Source of the DNA: Candidatus Latescibacterota bacterium
GTDB lineage: Bacteria; Latescibacterota; UBA2968
Direction of reading: 5' to 3'
NCBI GenBank assembly: GCA_965207885.1
Contig: OZ242311.1
Span: 2,624,001 to 2,688,000, forward strand
Length of the DNA: 64,000 bases
Position 1 is the stretch's first letter. Each line of letters opens with the position of its first letter. Of this stretch, positions 19,567 to 32,562 are shown piece by piece. The notes beneath the pieces are model-generated. The model ran no database searches and was not told where the DNA came from. It saw nothing but the letters and a program-made list of their open reading frames with translations. Made by a program: the position numbers and the translations under genes.

Positions 19567-20803
19567 TGGAGCGCTCCCTGTGGGATGAATTATCGTGCAG
19601 TTTTGTGAGTAAGGTTTGTGTTTCGTCAATCCAGCGTTCACCTGTGCCGGGAACAACGCAGGCGCGGTTGTATTCGAGTGGGTCGCTTGGGTAGGGGATA
19701 ACGCCGTAGCCACCGAAATTATACGCGCGGCGATTTGGCACATAGCCACATGAATCCTGGGAATAGCCCATGATAATCGTGCGCGCAAAGGGGGATGACG
19801 ATTGGGTGGATAGAGATAGCTCGATGAAGGGTTCACCCTGCCAGAAGACGAGTGCCAGGTCGTCGCTTATGCGGATGGCGGGGATTTCGATTCGGATGTT
19901 TTTTTCGTTTGTGTATCGGTTGGGAAGCGTATCTTGCCAGCGCTCTACTTTAAGTGAAAGATTTTTTTCTGGCGTTGCTTGTGTCCAGGCAACGATGGCT
20001 TCTCTGGCGAGCGCTTTGCCCATTTCTTCGACTGTATCATAATTGTCTCTGGGTTCCTGAATCGGAAGTATGTTGCCACAGGCCCCTTGTAGAAATATTG
20101 AGAAGGGTACAGATGTGCCCGCTTCAAGGTGGTGACAGGTAGCGCCAGGATATTCGGCGGTGAAGAGGCGATTGGCGGTCATCATGATGACGGGATGAGC
20201 GGCAAAGTGGATTGCGGTCGCGATGGGTTGGCCTTGGGGTGTGTCGAATCGCAGGACAGTGACTGCAGGGTCAACAGGGCCGTTGGGCAGTTTTTCAGGG
20301 TTGAGGTTAAACGATTTAAAGCTTCCATTGGGCAATATCTGGCGTCTGTTGTAGGCGAGGTCGGTGTTGACAGCGCCCGTTGAGAGTGTGGCGGGTTTGA
20401 GATTGGCTATAGATTCGACAGCAGCCTCGACAACCTGCTTTCTTATGTGAACAATCGCATCATCTTCGGGGCTTCCGCCAAAGTAATAGATGCATTCTGG
20501 GCCACTGTGATTGTGGGTGCTACACAGGATCAGGTTTTCGGGCGGAAGATCGGATTGTGCGGCAAAAGCATTGCGCATGGCATCGACGTCGATCCACTGA
20601 AAGCTCAGGAGATCTGCCGAGCAAATGACGATAGTGGTCGTATCGTCAGATAGTGCCAGCGCTTTGACGTATAATGGGTCATGGATGCCTTCTGCAATGC
20701 GAGGTTGCATGGGCGAGCGGTTTACAGGGAAAGCACCCATGGCCGATCCCGTAGATGGTGTGATGTCTCGTTGTGCTGTACCAATTTTTATTATATCTGC
20801 CAA
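19559..20803 (-). CDS. Neutral/alkaline ceramidase N-terminal-like hydrolase
   Basis: DITP, HDPLYVKAL, THNHSGP, NRR, AAHP, LQGACGN, GEPF. Confidence 0.8.
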   Translation of the reverse strand: MADIIKIGTAQRDITPSTGSAMGAFPVNRSPMQPRIAEGIHDPLYVKALALSDDTTTIVICSADLLSFQWIDVDAMRNAFAAQSDLPPENLILCSTHNHSGPECIYYFGGSPEDDAIVHIRKQVVEAAVESIANLKPATLSTGAVNTDLAYNRRQILPNGSFKSFNLNPEKLPNGPVDPAVTVLRFDTPQGQPIATAIHFAAHPVIMMTANRLFTAEYPGATCHHLEAGTSVPFSIFLQGACGNILPIQEPRDNYDTVEEMGKALAREAIVAWTQATPEKNLSLKVERWQDTLPNRYTNEKNIRIEIPAIRISDDLALVFWQGEPFIELSLSTQSSSPFARTIIMGYSQDSCGYVPNRRAYNFGGYGVIPYPSDPLEYNRACVVPGTGERWIDETQTLLTKLHDNSSHRERSNA

Positions 20804-20884
20804 GGCTCAGATATCCTATTTTGAATGTTCAGGAAATCCATACCGTTTTGTATTCGAACCATCTTTCTCCTATTGAAACGCTAC

Positions 20885-22294
20885 TTAAAGCGTCATCGCA
20901 TTCCACGGTTGTGTCGGATAATCCACCCACTGTTTTGATCCGCGCTCAAACGCCCGCCGATACTCGGCGATTGCGCCTGCTTGTAGTTCTGAAATTCGCG
21001 GTGAATGTGCCGGATCATTTGCCAAATTTACAAACTCATACGGATCTTCAGCAATGTGATACAGCTCTGGTCCATAAGATCCATGAATATATTTCCACTC
21101 TTGCGTGCGAATGCTCAGGCTCAAATCTCGCGGATACTGTAACTCTGTAATCGCCACCTCGCGTTCACGTTCACGACCATCAACCAGCGATTTCAAACTC
21201 ATGCCGGGTAAGTGCACGGGAATATCCATCCCCGCAAAATCGAATGCTGTAGGTAGTACATCCAACAGATTTACAAGTGAATCGCTCACCAAACCCGTTT
21301 GAAATCCCTTTGGCGGTTTTACAATGAATGGAATGCGAATGGCCTGTTCGTAGAGATTGTATTTCGAAAATGCGGTTACCCCTCGCGATCCCAATAGTTC
21401 GCCGTGGTCAGAGAGAAAAATGATCAGCGTGTCATCGTACAATCCATTGCGATCCAAAGCGTTTATCACTTGCTGATGACTCTGGTCGCAGGCCGTGACA
21501 AAAGCCATGTAATTTGCAATCGCATCTCGTAGTTCTTCTCGCTCTAATCCGACAAAATTGGGATAAGCATCTCTATCGGGTAAATTATCCGGTGGTTCTG
21601 GTGGTAACGCAACGTCGGCAGGGTCATATAAGTCTGCCAAATTAGCTGGCGTTACGTGAGGTGCATGAGGCCCTGACAAACTGCAAATCATGAAAAACGG
21701 ATTGTCCTTGTTTTCTTCCACAAAGGCAGCAGCCTGTCCGCCAACCCACCAGTCGCGCGTTTGCTCTAATCTCAAGCTGGTCGTAAATCCCTTAAATGCC
21801 GCCGCACAATTGTCTCCACCCCGACCAATTCCACGCGCTTCCCGCTCGTCCGTCCCCGTCTCCGCCCAATCCCGATGTTCCGCCACAAAGTGGCTATCCA
21901 TACGCTCGCCCGTCTCGTGAAATGGTCCTGCCCGATGATCAAATCCGTAATAGTTGTCGCGTTCAATAGCCGCCTGATACGGTATTGTATGCATCTTGCC
22001 AAAGGCACCCGTTACAAAACCCGCCTGTCCAAACGCCTTTCCCATTGTCCACTCGGGGATTTGTGCGGGATTCAGTAAATGCCGGTTGGAATAAATTCCC
22101 GACTGAAATGCATATCGCCCGTGCAACATCGAATGGCGACTCGGCAAACACGGCGATACAGCACACGTTGCCTGCGTAAACCGAATGCCCTCCCGGGCCA
22201 AACGATCATACGCTGGTGTCTGTAACCCCGGATAATCCGCACACCCGAGGAAGGAATGCGCGTGTTGATCGTTCATTAAAATCACAACATTCAT
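20885..22294 (-). CDS. Sulfatase (choline-sulfatase-like)
   Basis: CLPSR, GKMH, SDHGE; start at MNVVIL. Confidence 0.9.
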   Translation of the reverse strand: MNVVILMNDQHAHSFLGCADYPGLQTPAYDRLAREGIRFTQATCAVSPCLPSRHSMLHGRYAFQSGIYSNRHLLNPAQIPEWTMGKAFGQAGFVTGAFGKMHTIPYQAAIERDNYYGFDHRAGPFHETGERMDSHFVAEHRDWAETGTDEREARGIGRGGDNCAAAFKGFTTSLRLEQTRDWWVGGQAAAFVEENKDNPFFMICSLSGPHAPHVTPANLADLYDPADVALPPEPPDNLPDRDAYPNFVGLEREELRDAIANYMAFVTACDQSHQQVINALDRNGLYDDTLIIFLSDHGELLGSRGVTAFSKYNLYEQAIRIPFIVKPPKGFQTGLVSDSLVNLLDVLPTAFDFAGMDIPVHLPGMSLKSLVDGREREREVAITELQYPRDLSLSIRTQEWKYIHGSYGPELYHIAEDPYEFVNLANDPAHSPRISELQAGAIAEYRRAFERGSKQWVDYPTQPWNAMTL

Positions 22295-22319
22295 AACTAT
22301 CTTCCTGAAAATTGAGTAA

Positions 22320-23789
22320 TCAGTAAATATATCGCACCCGCCTGAACTCACCGAGCATCGGGTCCTTCACGCGTTCCATGTGATCTTGCATACATTGCAT
22401 CAGCGATTCCTGCAATGCCTTGTGTGTTTCGATACCGAAGAGGTTGTGCAATTCGTGCGGATCGTTTTCGAGGTCATAGAGCTCTCCGATATCCGATTGA
22501 TTAAACACGAACTTGTGTGTCCTGGTGCGCACCATACGAGACTTGTGCTCCTGAATCTGACCGTTGAACTGACAGTACACGCTGTCACGCCCCGTCGGTT
22601 CATCCTCTCCCTTCAATAGTGGAAGAATGCTCTGTGTGTCGGGTACAATATCGGGTTGCAGACCTGCAACTTCCAAAAAACTCGGAAACAGATCCTGCAG
22701 ATAGACAAATTCGTCGTTCTCTCGGCCCGGCTGATGGCATTCGGGATGCGCTGCAATCAGAGGCAGGCGAAAACTCTCTTCATCAAAATAAGGCCCTTTT
22801 TCAAATAGCTTGTGCGCTCCCATATTGTCGCCGTGGTCGGTGGAAAATACAACAAGCGTGTTTTCCGCCAGGCCGAGCGTTTCCAACTCAGAAAGCATAC
22901 GCCCCACCAGATCATCGATCATAGTCATATATCCCCAGTAGCGCGCCGTAATCTCCGCCCATTCGTCCCAGTTGTTGGGGTCAATCCCCCAATAACGAGA
23001 TACCAGAGTCTGAACATAGGGACGATTCTCCAGCGTATCGCAGAAACTCGGGTCCTCCGGAATTGACTTCGGGTCGTACATGGAGTAATACGGTTCCGGC
23101 ACGATACACGGACTGTGCGGGCCCCAGAAATTGGTCCAGATAAAAAAGGGATCTTCTTCCTGCGCATACGCCTGCATAAGCTCAACCGTTTCCGAGGCAA
23201 CCATGGCTTCGAAATTGTGCTCAATAGTTCCAGCATGGAGGCCGTGCAATTCCCGATTTCGCTGCCCTGGATTTCCCTGAGCATAGAACGCTTCTATAAG
23301 CTCTGGCGGTTCCAGGTTCTTCTCGTTCAAATAGTCCAGGTAATTCCTCGCAATCTGAGAATCTTTCTGCGCACCGCTCTTGATACCTGGCATATTGATA
23401 TTGGATGCGGGATAGCCATATTTGGGGAAATCTCGTTTACAGCGAAATCCCCAATCACTTGGGTTCTTTTGGTGATCCACATGCCACTTTCCCGCATACC
23501 CCAGGTTGTATCCTGCCCGGGGTAGCTCTGTCGCGAAATTGGGAAGCGACTGATCCAACTGGCCACCGTTGGTTTCAACCCCGGTAATGTGACCGTATCG
23601 ACCTGTAAATAGCGCGGCCCGACCGGGCGCACACGGGATGATGAGAGGAAAAGCATTGTTGAAACGCACACCCCGGTTTGCCAGATTGTCAATATGTGGT
23701 GTTTTGCACTGGGAGGCACCATAACAACCCAGCAGATCCCAGCGCTGTTGATCCGTTAGAATGAGCAGAATATTCGGTTTCTCTTGCAT
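22320..23789 (-). CDS. Sulfatase
   Basis: PNILLILTDQQR, CAPGR, GKWH, TDHGD. Confidence 0.9.
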   Translation of the reverse strand: MQEKPNILLILTDQQRWDLLGCYGASQCKTPHIDNLANRGVRFNNAFPLIIPCAPGRAALFTGRYGHITGVETNGGQLDQSLPNFATELPRAGYNLGYAGKWHVDHQKNPSDWGFRCKRDFPKYGYPASNINMPGIKSGAQKDSQIARNYLDYLNEKNLEPPELIEAFYAQGNPGQRNRELHGLHAGTIEHNFEAMVASETVELMQAYAQEEDPFFIWTNFWGPHSPCIVPEPYYSMYDPKSIPEDPSFCDTLENRPYVQTLVSRYWGIDPNNWDEWAEITARYWGYMTMIDDLVGRMLSELETLGLAENTLVVFSTDHGDNMGAHKLFEKGPYFDEESFRLPLIAAHPECHQPGRENDEFVYLQDLFPSFLEVAGLQPDIVPDTQSILPLLKGEDEPTGRDSVYCQFNGQIQEHKSRMVRTRTHKFVFNQSDIGELYDLENDPHELHNLFGIETHKALQESLMQCMQDHMERVKDPMLGEFRRVRYIY

Positions 23790-23799
23790 ACTTGTGTCC

Positions 23800-24591
23800 T
23801 CACATTTGAGATTCCCTGTTGAGGCCCATCACCTCGCGAACACCAGAAAATTCACGCCAGATATCAGTGAAGCAGTCGTTCCCATTTTCCTCGCAATCAA
23901 CATGGCGCATACGAGAAATAGTGGCATAACGAATGTTAGGCGACACGTTTGGGGCGGCAGTATGGTACACGAGAAAATGAGCAAGGATGAAATCCCCTGC
24001 TTCACCGGTAATCATTTCTGGTGATTCCGGCTGAGGTATGCGCGGCTGTCCCTTGGATAGAACCTCTATACCCTCTTTGTTAAGGAAGTCTTGATAGACA
24101 TGGTGAGACCCGGACCAAACGGTGAAATTGCCACTATAAGGTTCGGGCACATCGGCGAGATAGATGACACCAAAGCAGGTGAAGCTCCGTTTATAGGTTC
24201 CTTTGGGTTTGCCATTTCTCCCGTTGCCCATATTGTCGATATGACCCATCGGTTCGGATGGGTCTGCGTCAATATGCTTGGGAAACCGTGGCGCAGGACT
24301 TATGCGTTCAAGGGGTGTCTTGAGGTTTCCTTCGCCAAGCAGAGATTCTGCTAGAGAAACAATGGGACTGTTATGATACAAATCCGAAAGAACCGAACTG
24401 CCCCTCAGGTCCCCACCAAACCCACCGCCACCTCGATTGTTTGCCAGGTCTTCTTTACTTGGACCGGTTGAGCCGATAGAATGGTTCATCGCCTGACGCG
24501 CTCTGTCCACCATTGCTCTTGAAACTGCACCGGGGATTTTAATATAACCACGGTGATAAAATTCACGAATTTGTTCATTGGTAAGTTTCAT
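23800..24591 (-). CDS. PhyH-family Fe(II)/2OG dioxygenase
   Basis: LTNEQIREF..RGY, HID, GNFTVW.GSH, GEAGD, distal H. Confidence 0.82.
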   Translation of the reverse strand: MKLTNEQIREFYHRGYIKIPGAVSRAMVDRARQAMNHSIGSTGPSKEDLANNRGGGGFGGDLRGSSVLSDLYHNSPIVSLAESLLGEGNLKTPLERISPAPRFPKHIDADPSEPMGHIDNMGNGRNGKPKGTYKRSFTCFGVIYLADVPEPYSGNFTVWSGSHHVYQDFLNKEGIEVLSKGQPRIPQPESPEMITGEAGDFILAHFLVYHTAAPNVSPNIRYATISRMRHVDCEENGNDCFTDIWREFSGVREVMGLNRESQM

Positions 24592-24805
24592 GGATTTATT
24601 CCTCCAGATGATATTCCTTAGGATGGACCGTCGGGAGATTCTTACCGACTTCGTCACGAAAACCTTCTTTCGGTCATTCGGGTGGATCGGAAAGAGCATT
24701 GAAGCCCATGTAATCCTGTCCGCGGACAAGGATCACATTTCTCTACTCGAACGGCCATGTGTTCTCCCTCCTCGTTACTTTTCTAAAATCAGGAATCAGA
24801 TTTCC

Positions 24806-25669
24806 CTAACTCGCCATCGCCAGTATCTGGTCTTCATCAATCAGGAATTCTTTCGGTAAATCGAGGGGGTGGCCGTTTTCACATACGGGCAAATAATCCA
24901 GATATTTATTTCCAGGTCGGATCGCCCGCATCCAGGGCACATCGCGTTTGGCAATAAATGTCCCTGCCAGGCCGATGCGTTGTTTGTCTGAGCGGTTTGG
25001 TCCGCTATAGTGCAACGCATTTTGATGCCACACGAGAATATCTCCGGGTTCCATCTCACAGGCCACCGCGTCCTGTTCCGGGTTATAGCCGTGATCGCGC
25101 GGATCCACTTCCGTGAGTTTATTGCCCTGCCGCTGGTGTGCTATGCGTCCCAGTTTCTGTGAAAAAGGAATCAACTGCAAGCATCCATTCTCTTTTGTTG
25201 CCCGATCGATTGCAATCCAAAAATCAAACATCACAGGCTCGTGGGGATCATAGGGGGCCGGGGGCATGTTCCAGGCTGCAGAATCCTGATGCCAGGGAGT
25301 AACAGATCCGTGTTTGGGTGGTTTCAGAAAGAAACCACCGGCGTTTACACAAAAGTCATCCTGTAAAATAGAGCGCACCAGCCCGACGGTTCGCGGATTT
25401 GAAATCATCTTTTTCCAGAGCGTCTCATTGTGATACGCCGGACTATTCAATCGATAAAATCGGTGCAGTGGATTCCTGGCATTCGGCTGGTCCTCCTTCA
25501 CATGCCCGATCCCCAATCGCTCGTATATGTCGGCGTGTTCGGCAATAAACCGAACGCGTTCTTTGATTATGGGGATATCGTCACGGTTCAACAATCCCTG
25601 AAAGATGAAATATCCCTTGTCCAGCAATTCCCGGTTCCAATTCTTATCGCGTATCTCGTCTCTTTTCAT
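24806..25669 (-). CDS. PhyH-family Fe(II)/2OG dioxygenase
   Basis: KPPKHG..TPWHQD, ENGCL, LHYSGPN.S...R. Confidence 0.9.
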   Translation of the reverse strand: MKRDEIRDKNWNRELLDKGYFIFQGLLNRDDIPIIKERVRFIAEHADIYERLGIGHVKEDQPNARNPLHRFYRLNSPAYHNETLWKKMISNPRTVGLVRSILQDDFCVNAGGFFLKPPKHGSVTPWHQDSAAWNMPPAPYDPHEPVMFDFWIAIDRATKENGCLQLIPFSQKLGRIAHQRQGNKLTEVDPRDHGYNPEQDAVACEMEPGDILVWHQNALHYSGPNRSDKQRIGLAGTFIAKRDVPWMRAIRPGNKYLDYLPVCENGHPLDLPKEFLIDEDQILAMAS

Positions 25670-25692
25670 AACAGATTTCCTCTGTTAATGGC

Positions 25693-26841
25693 CTAATCCG
25701 CCAGACCATCCTGGTTTTCATCGTCTATGCCGGCATAAGGGCTTTCGACGATTGCCTCCCAGGCCACCCGACGCATAATCTTATCAACCCGTTCGGGAAT
25801 CCCTTCCGGCACGTAATCGGCGATGGTTTCCGGACTTCTTCGGTAAAGCATTCCGAAGTACATATATCCCGCCAGTTGTTCAATCCCGCTTGTTCTGGAT
25901 AGGTGACCGCCGTCTCGATAGATCCCGCGTTTGCCGGCGCGTCCCCGATTTTCATTGATGCAGTCAAATTCGGGGAGCTTTCCTTCATGGTACAACCGGA
26001 TCATCTTCATGACGGCTTCTCCCGCTGGGATCATGTGAACTTTTCCAGGGTATTTCTCTTTCAAACGGGTGTATAGCAGTTCATCGATGGTTTTTTGCAG
26101 GTATTTGTGATCGGCCTCCAGGCTGGCCATTACCTCGTCGGGCTGCTTTTCCTTGTAGGAGGGAAGATGTCGTGGCCATCCGTCCTGGATATAGAATCTC
26201 ATTTCGGGATTGTTCTCAAGGCAGAAGTCGATCCACTGTGTGTAATACTCGGGCAGGTCATCGTAATAACAGCCCCAGGTCATGACGTCCCATTCGCCAG
26301 TGGCAATCGCGGGCAGCAAAATGGGCGCAGGGGGTGTGTCTTCGTTCCATTTGCCGAATTCCTTGAGCCATATCGCATTGGCGGCGCCTGTCGATCCGCC
26401 CCCTCCGTGGACGCGCTGGCGATGGCCCGTGTATCCCGCCGCCCCGGCAATTTCAATGAGCTTGTTTCGGCCCGGTGCGACCCAGCTATGTCCTGTCATT
26501 GCGATTCGAAGTCCATTCCCTTTCTCAAAGGAGAGGGGGCGCGCCGAGTTTTTCCCCATTTCTATGAATTTGGCGAACTCGGCTTTGTCCGGTTTGTGAA
26601 TCAGGGTCTTTTGAATCCGCGCGCCAGTCCGGTTGGGTTGCGTGCTGTTCGGCCCAATTGTTTCGGCCTGATATGCGCGCCATTCCGCTGCTGTAAGGAT
26701 TCCGTCCTTATTTTTATCCGCCTTCGGGTGCTGCGCCAGAAGTCTTTTGAAGCGCGGATCCGTCTCCGATGTCCTCTGTTGCGCCAAAGCCAGTCCCATA
26801 AAACTGCAAAGGCAAAATAAAAAGATGAATTTTGTTCTCAT
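25693..26841 (-). CDS. Secreted hypothetical protein with an EF-hand-like motif and an SGNH-like domain
   Basis: Signal peptide MRTKFIFLFCLC; DKNKDGILTAAE; GHS and D-x-x-H (RDGGH) motifs. Confidence 0.6.
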   Translation of the reverse strand: MRTKFIFLFCLCSFMGLALAQQRTSETDPRFKRLLAQHPKADKNKDGILTAAEWRAYQAETIGPNSTQPNRTGARIQKTLIHKPDKAEFAKFIEMGKNSARPLSFEKGNGLRIAMTGHSWVAPGRNKLIEIAGAAGYTGHRQRVHGGGGSTGAANAIWLKEFGKWNEDTPPAPILLPAIATGEWDVMTWGCYYDDLPEYYTQWIDFCLENNPEMRFYIQDGWPRHLPSYKEKQPDEVMASLEADHKYLQKTIDELLYTRLKEKYPGKVHMIPAGEAVMKMIRLYHEGKLPEFDCINENRGRAGKRGIYRDGGHLSRTSGIEQLAGYMYFGMLYRRSPETIADYVPEGIPERVDKIMRRVAWEAIVESPYAGIDDENQDGLAD

Positions 26842-26911
26842 CGACTGTTCTTCCGTGTTAGGAGTGGGAAATACACCTGACAATAGGGACAGCATCACTG
26901 ATGTAGCAAGC

Positions 26912-27943
26912 TCACTGATTTTCTATGTTCTCCATAGCCTGACGGCGACGGGCAAGTTCGCGTAGATCCACAACCTCATCTGTCTCATCCACAATTTCAC
27001 GCCCAATTATCTCTTCAAGCACGTCTTCCAGGGTCACCACACCAGCCAATCCACCGTATTCATCGATCACGACAAACAGATGTTGTCTGCGCTCAAGAAA
27101 CATGCGCAACACCCGATCCAATGTTAGCGTTTCCACCACAAAGTGCGCGCTTCGCGAGAGACTTTGAATGGGAATATCTTCGCGACCTTCGGCAGCCGCC
27201 GACAAAATATCTCGACGGTACACGATCCCAACAACATCTTCAGCATCTTCATCTACTATGGGAATGCGACTATACGATGGAACACCAATTTGCAACACCT
27301 CATTTACTTTTTGCTGGGCTTGAAGCGAATAAATGACCGTGCGCGGTGTCATTATTTCCTGAACAGTTTTCTCTTTTAACAGAAGAATATTCTGAATGGC
27401 ACTGCCTTCTTCTGCATCAATGGTTCCCGCATGTCGCCCCATATTTACCAATGCTATGAGTTCCTCTGAAGATACGACATGTTCAACTTTACCATGAGAT
27501 ATTAGCCGCGTCACAAATTGGCACAGCCAGATAAGCGGTGCTTGTATCCAGATCAAAATCTGGATGGGATAGGCAATCAAGGATACAAGGTGTCGGGCAT
27601 AAACCACACCTATTGTCTTTGGAATAATCTCAGAAAATAAAAGTATCACGAGGGTAAATACCACTGAAAAATGCGGCAACCACGGCTCACCCAGAACTTC
27701 TGCCGCTGCCGCTCCAGCAAGGGCGGCACCACCTGTATGCGCAATTGTGTTAAGGGATAGAATACCCGCAATGGGCACATCCACGTTTTCTCGAAACTTT
27801 TTCAATAACCGGCCAGAAACACTGCCAGTTTTTGCCAGTGATTCGATATGCCCAATAGGAACTGAATACAATGCCGCTTCAAAAAGTGAACACATAAAAG
27901 AAAAGAAAACGGCAAAACTCGCAAAAAAGATCAATTCAAACAT
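26912..27943 (-). CDS. CNNM/DUF21-CBS domain protein (hemolysin/CorC family)
   Basis: SEIIPKT, IMTPR, YSRIP, VIDEYGG..G.VTLED..EEI.G.EI.DE.D. Confidence 0.92.
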   Translation of the reverse strand: MFELIFFASFAVFFSFMCSLFEAALYSVPIGHIESLAKTGSVSGRLLKKFRENVDVPIAGILSLNTIAHTGGAALAGAAAAEVLGEPWLPHFSVVFTLVILLFSEIIPKTIGVVYARHLVSLIAYPIQILIWIQAPLIWLCQFVTRLISHGKVEHVVSSEELIALVNMGRHAGTIDAEEGSAIQNILLLKEKTVQEIMTPRTVIYSLQAQQKVNEVLQIGVPSYSRIPIVDEDAEDVVGIVYRRDILSAAAEGREDIPIQSLSRSAHFVVETLTLDRVLRMFLERRQHLFVVIDEYGGLAGVVTLEDVLEEIIGREIVDETDEVVDLRELARRRQAMENIENQ

Positions 27944-28145
27944 CTGATAACTCCTCTCTGTCTAAAATGATTCAGCATCTGCCTTTTATAGTCAGATTTT
28001 TCAGAATAATCTGTAAGGTTCGAGCTGCTCTCTTAACAATATAGCTTCCGACACTGGTCATTTCCAGCGTATTCTTTCTATGCCCGAGAACATCAGAAAG
28101 GAGAGGATTCGGTCATCTGGGCCAACAAGACGCGAAGTTGAATGA

Positions 28146-30395
<2,250 letters not shown>

Positions 30396-30411
30396 TAAAG
30401 GAGAGTGCCAT

Positions 30412-30711
30412 ATGTATTTCGTAGTCTTCGCAACTCACAAAGAAGAAATGGGACAGGAACGGCTCCAATTGCAGGATGCATTTGCGGCCTACCTTCACGA
30501 TCTCACCCAACATCCCGATGTGACCGTTCATCATGGTGGGCAGACGCTCAGCGAGAGTGAACAGATCGTTACCGGCTTCGTCCTCGTGATCGAAGCTCCC
30601 TCGCTCGAGGTGGCGCAGGCATTTGTCGCTGGCAGTCCCTATGCTCAGGCGGGCACCTTCGCCGAGTCTCACATCCGCCCATGGAACTGGTTGACGGGAC
30701 GCCCTGGCTGA
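30412..30711 (+). CDS. YciI-like protein
   Basis: About 99 aa; G..LV.EA.S.E.A..F...SPY..AG.F....IRPW; RBS aaggag. Confidence 0.7.
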   Translation: MYFVVFATHKEEMGQERLQLQDAFAAYLHDLTQHPDVTVHHGGQTLSESEQIVTGFVLVIEAPSLEVAQAFVAGSPYAQAGTFAESHIRPWNWLTGRPG

Positions 30712-30786
30712 GCGCGTTGCCGCACCGCCCAAATATCTCCGGGCGTGAGGATCACAAGGTGTGCGTAGGCTGGCCAAGGAGGTATC

Positions 30787-32547
30787 ATGAGCAACCGTCA
30801 CGAGCAACGCGCTCCTGACGTTCAATACGAACCCGATGAGAGTCCTCCGGCGCTTGTGTCTCTGGGCAGCGGCCTGCAGCTGGTCGTCCTCGGCATAACG
30901 AGCATCATCTTTATCCCCACAATCGTCGTCAAAGCCAGCGGCGGAACCGATGCGTATCTGTCCTGGACCGTGTTCGGCGCGGTCGCTGTCAGTGGCATCT
31001 GCACGGCTTTGCAAGCGGTCAGGCTGAGCCGGGTCGGAGCGGGATACCTGCTCTTTATGGGCCCCGCCGGAGCCTATATCGGAGTCTGCGTCAGCGCCCT
31101 CATCGAGGGCGGTCCAGCGCTGCTCGCTACCCTGGTCGTCGCATCGTCGCTCGTCCCGATCGTGATTTCGATGCGGCTCGCCCTGTTCAGGCGGCTTCTG
31201 ACACCGACCATCGTCGGTACCGTGAACATGCTGATACCTGCGACCGTGCTGCCGGTCGTCTTCAGTCGCCTGGCCGACGCGCCGCCCGACACGGCGCTCA
31301 CTGCGCCGCTCACTGCGGTAGCGACGGGTCTGGTCATCGGAGGCATCTCTCTGAAGGCGGGGGCAACGCTGCGTTTGTGGGCACCGCTCATCGGGGTGAT
31401 TGCGGGTTCGGTTTTTGGCGGAGCGATGGGACTCTATGACCTCGACCTGGTTGCCAGGGCTCCGTGGATTGGTTTGCCACAGGGCAACTGGCCGGGTATC
31501 GGACTCGACCTCGGCCCTGCCTTTGTGGGACTTCTGCCTGCCTTCGCATTCGTGGCCCTCATCGGCGCCATCCAGACGATTACTGGTGCGGTCGCCATCC
31601 AGCGCGTGTCGTGGCGCCGCCCGCGGGCTGTGGACTATCGGGCGGTGGAGGGCGCGGTGACGGCGGACGGTATCGGCAAACTGCTATCGGGTATCACGGG
31701 GATCGTGCCGACTCAGACCATCGGAGTCAGCGTCCCGACGGTAGAGCTTACGGGGGTCGCGGCCCGCCGCGTGGGAATCGTTGCCGCCGGCGTGCTGATC
31801 GTGCTGGCGTTCCTGCCCAAGGTACTTGCCATGATACTGGCGATACCCAGCCCGGTCGTCGTCGCCTATCTGACCGTCGTGCTGGCGCTGACTTTTGTCC
31901 GTGGGATGACGGAGGTGGTACAGGACGGGATTGATCATCGCAAGGCACTGATTACCGGTGTCGCCTTCTGGGTTGGTGTCGGCTGTCAGAACGATCTCTT
32001 ATTCCCCGATATTCTCGCGGAGTTGGGGGGCGGTCTGCTGGGGAACGGCATAACGGCCGGGGGGATCATGGCGATTCTCATGACCTTGTTTCTGGAAGTG
32101 ACGTCGCCCCGCCGCAGCCGGATCGAAGTGGAGCTCGATCTGTCCGTGTTGCCGGAGATCAGGGCGTTCCTCAATGCGTTCGCATCCCGCAACGGCTGGG
32201 GGGCGAAGATGGTCGATCGCCTCGACGCAGCCAGCGAGGAGACGTTGCTGACGCTGATCGGGCAGGACGAGGGCCGGGAGAAACGCGAGCAGCGGCGCCT
32301 TCTCGTGAAGGCACACAAAGAGAGCGGCGATGCTGTCCTCGAGTTCATTGCCGCGGTGGGCGAGGAGAACGTTCAGGACCGGATCGGATTGCTGGCGGAC
32401 CGGCCCGATGATGTGCTGATGGAGCGGGAAGTCTCGCTACGGCTGTTGCGGCACATCGCGTCCTCTGTTCGCCACCAGCAATTCCACGACACGGATATCG
32501 TGACCGTCCAGGTAAAAGTTCCAGAGACGGGCGATGAGAACCGTTAA
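30787..32547 (+). CDS. Xanthine/uracil (NCS2/NAT) permease-like protein with a C-terminal soluble extension
   Basis: Multiple TM helices, TP.IVG, TGVAARRVG, PKV; about 145 aa hydrophilic tail. Confidence 0.82.
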   Translation: MSNRHEQRAPDVQYEPDESPPALVSLGSGLQLVVLGITSIIFIPTIVVKASGGTDAYLSWTVFGAVAVSGICTALQAVRLSRVGAGYLLFMGPAGAYIGVCVSALIEGGPALLATLVVASSLVPIVISMRLALFRRLLTPTIVGTVNMLIPATVLPVVFSRLADAPPDTALTAPLTAVATGLVIGGISLKAGATLRLWAPLIGVIAGSVFGGAMGLYDLDLVARAPWIGLPQGNWPGIGLDLGPAFVGLLPAFAFVALIGAIQTITGAVAIQRVSWRRPRAVDYRAVEGAVTADGIGKLLSGITGIVPTQTIGVSVPTVELTGVAARRVGIVAAGVLIVLAFLPKVLAMILAIPSPVVVAYLTVVLALTFVRGMTEVVQDGIDHRKALITGVAFWVGVGCQNDLLFPDILAELGGGLLGNGITAGGIMAILMTLFLEVTSPRRSRIEVELDLSVLPEIRAFLNAFASRNGWGAKMVDRLDAASEETLLTLIGQDEGREKREQRRLLVKAHKESGDAVLEFIAAVGEENVQDRIGLLADRPDDVLMEREVSLRLLRHIASSVRHQQFHDTDIVTVQVKVPETGDENR

Positions 32548-32562
32548 ATAGGCAGGAAGCAT

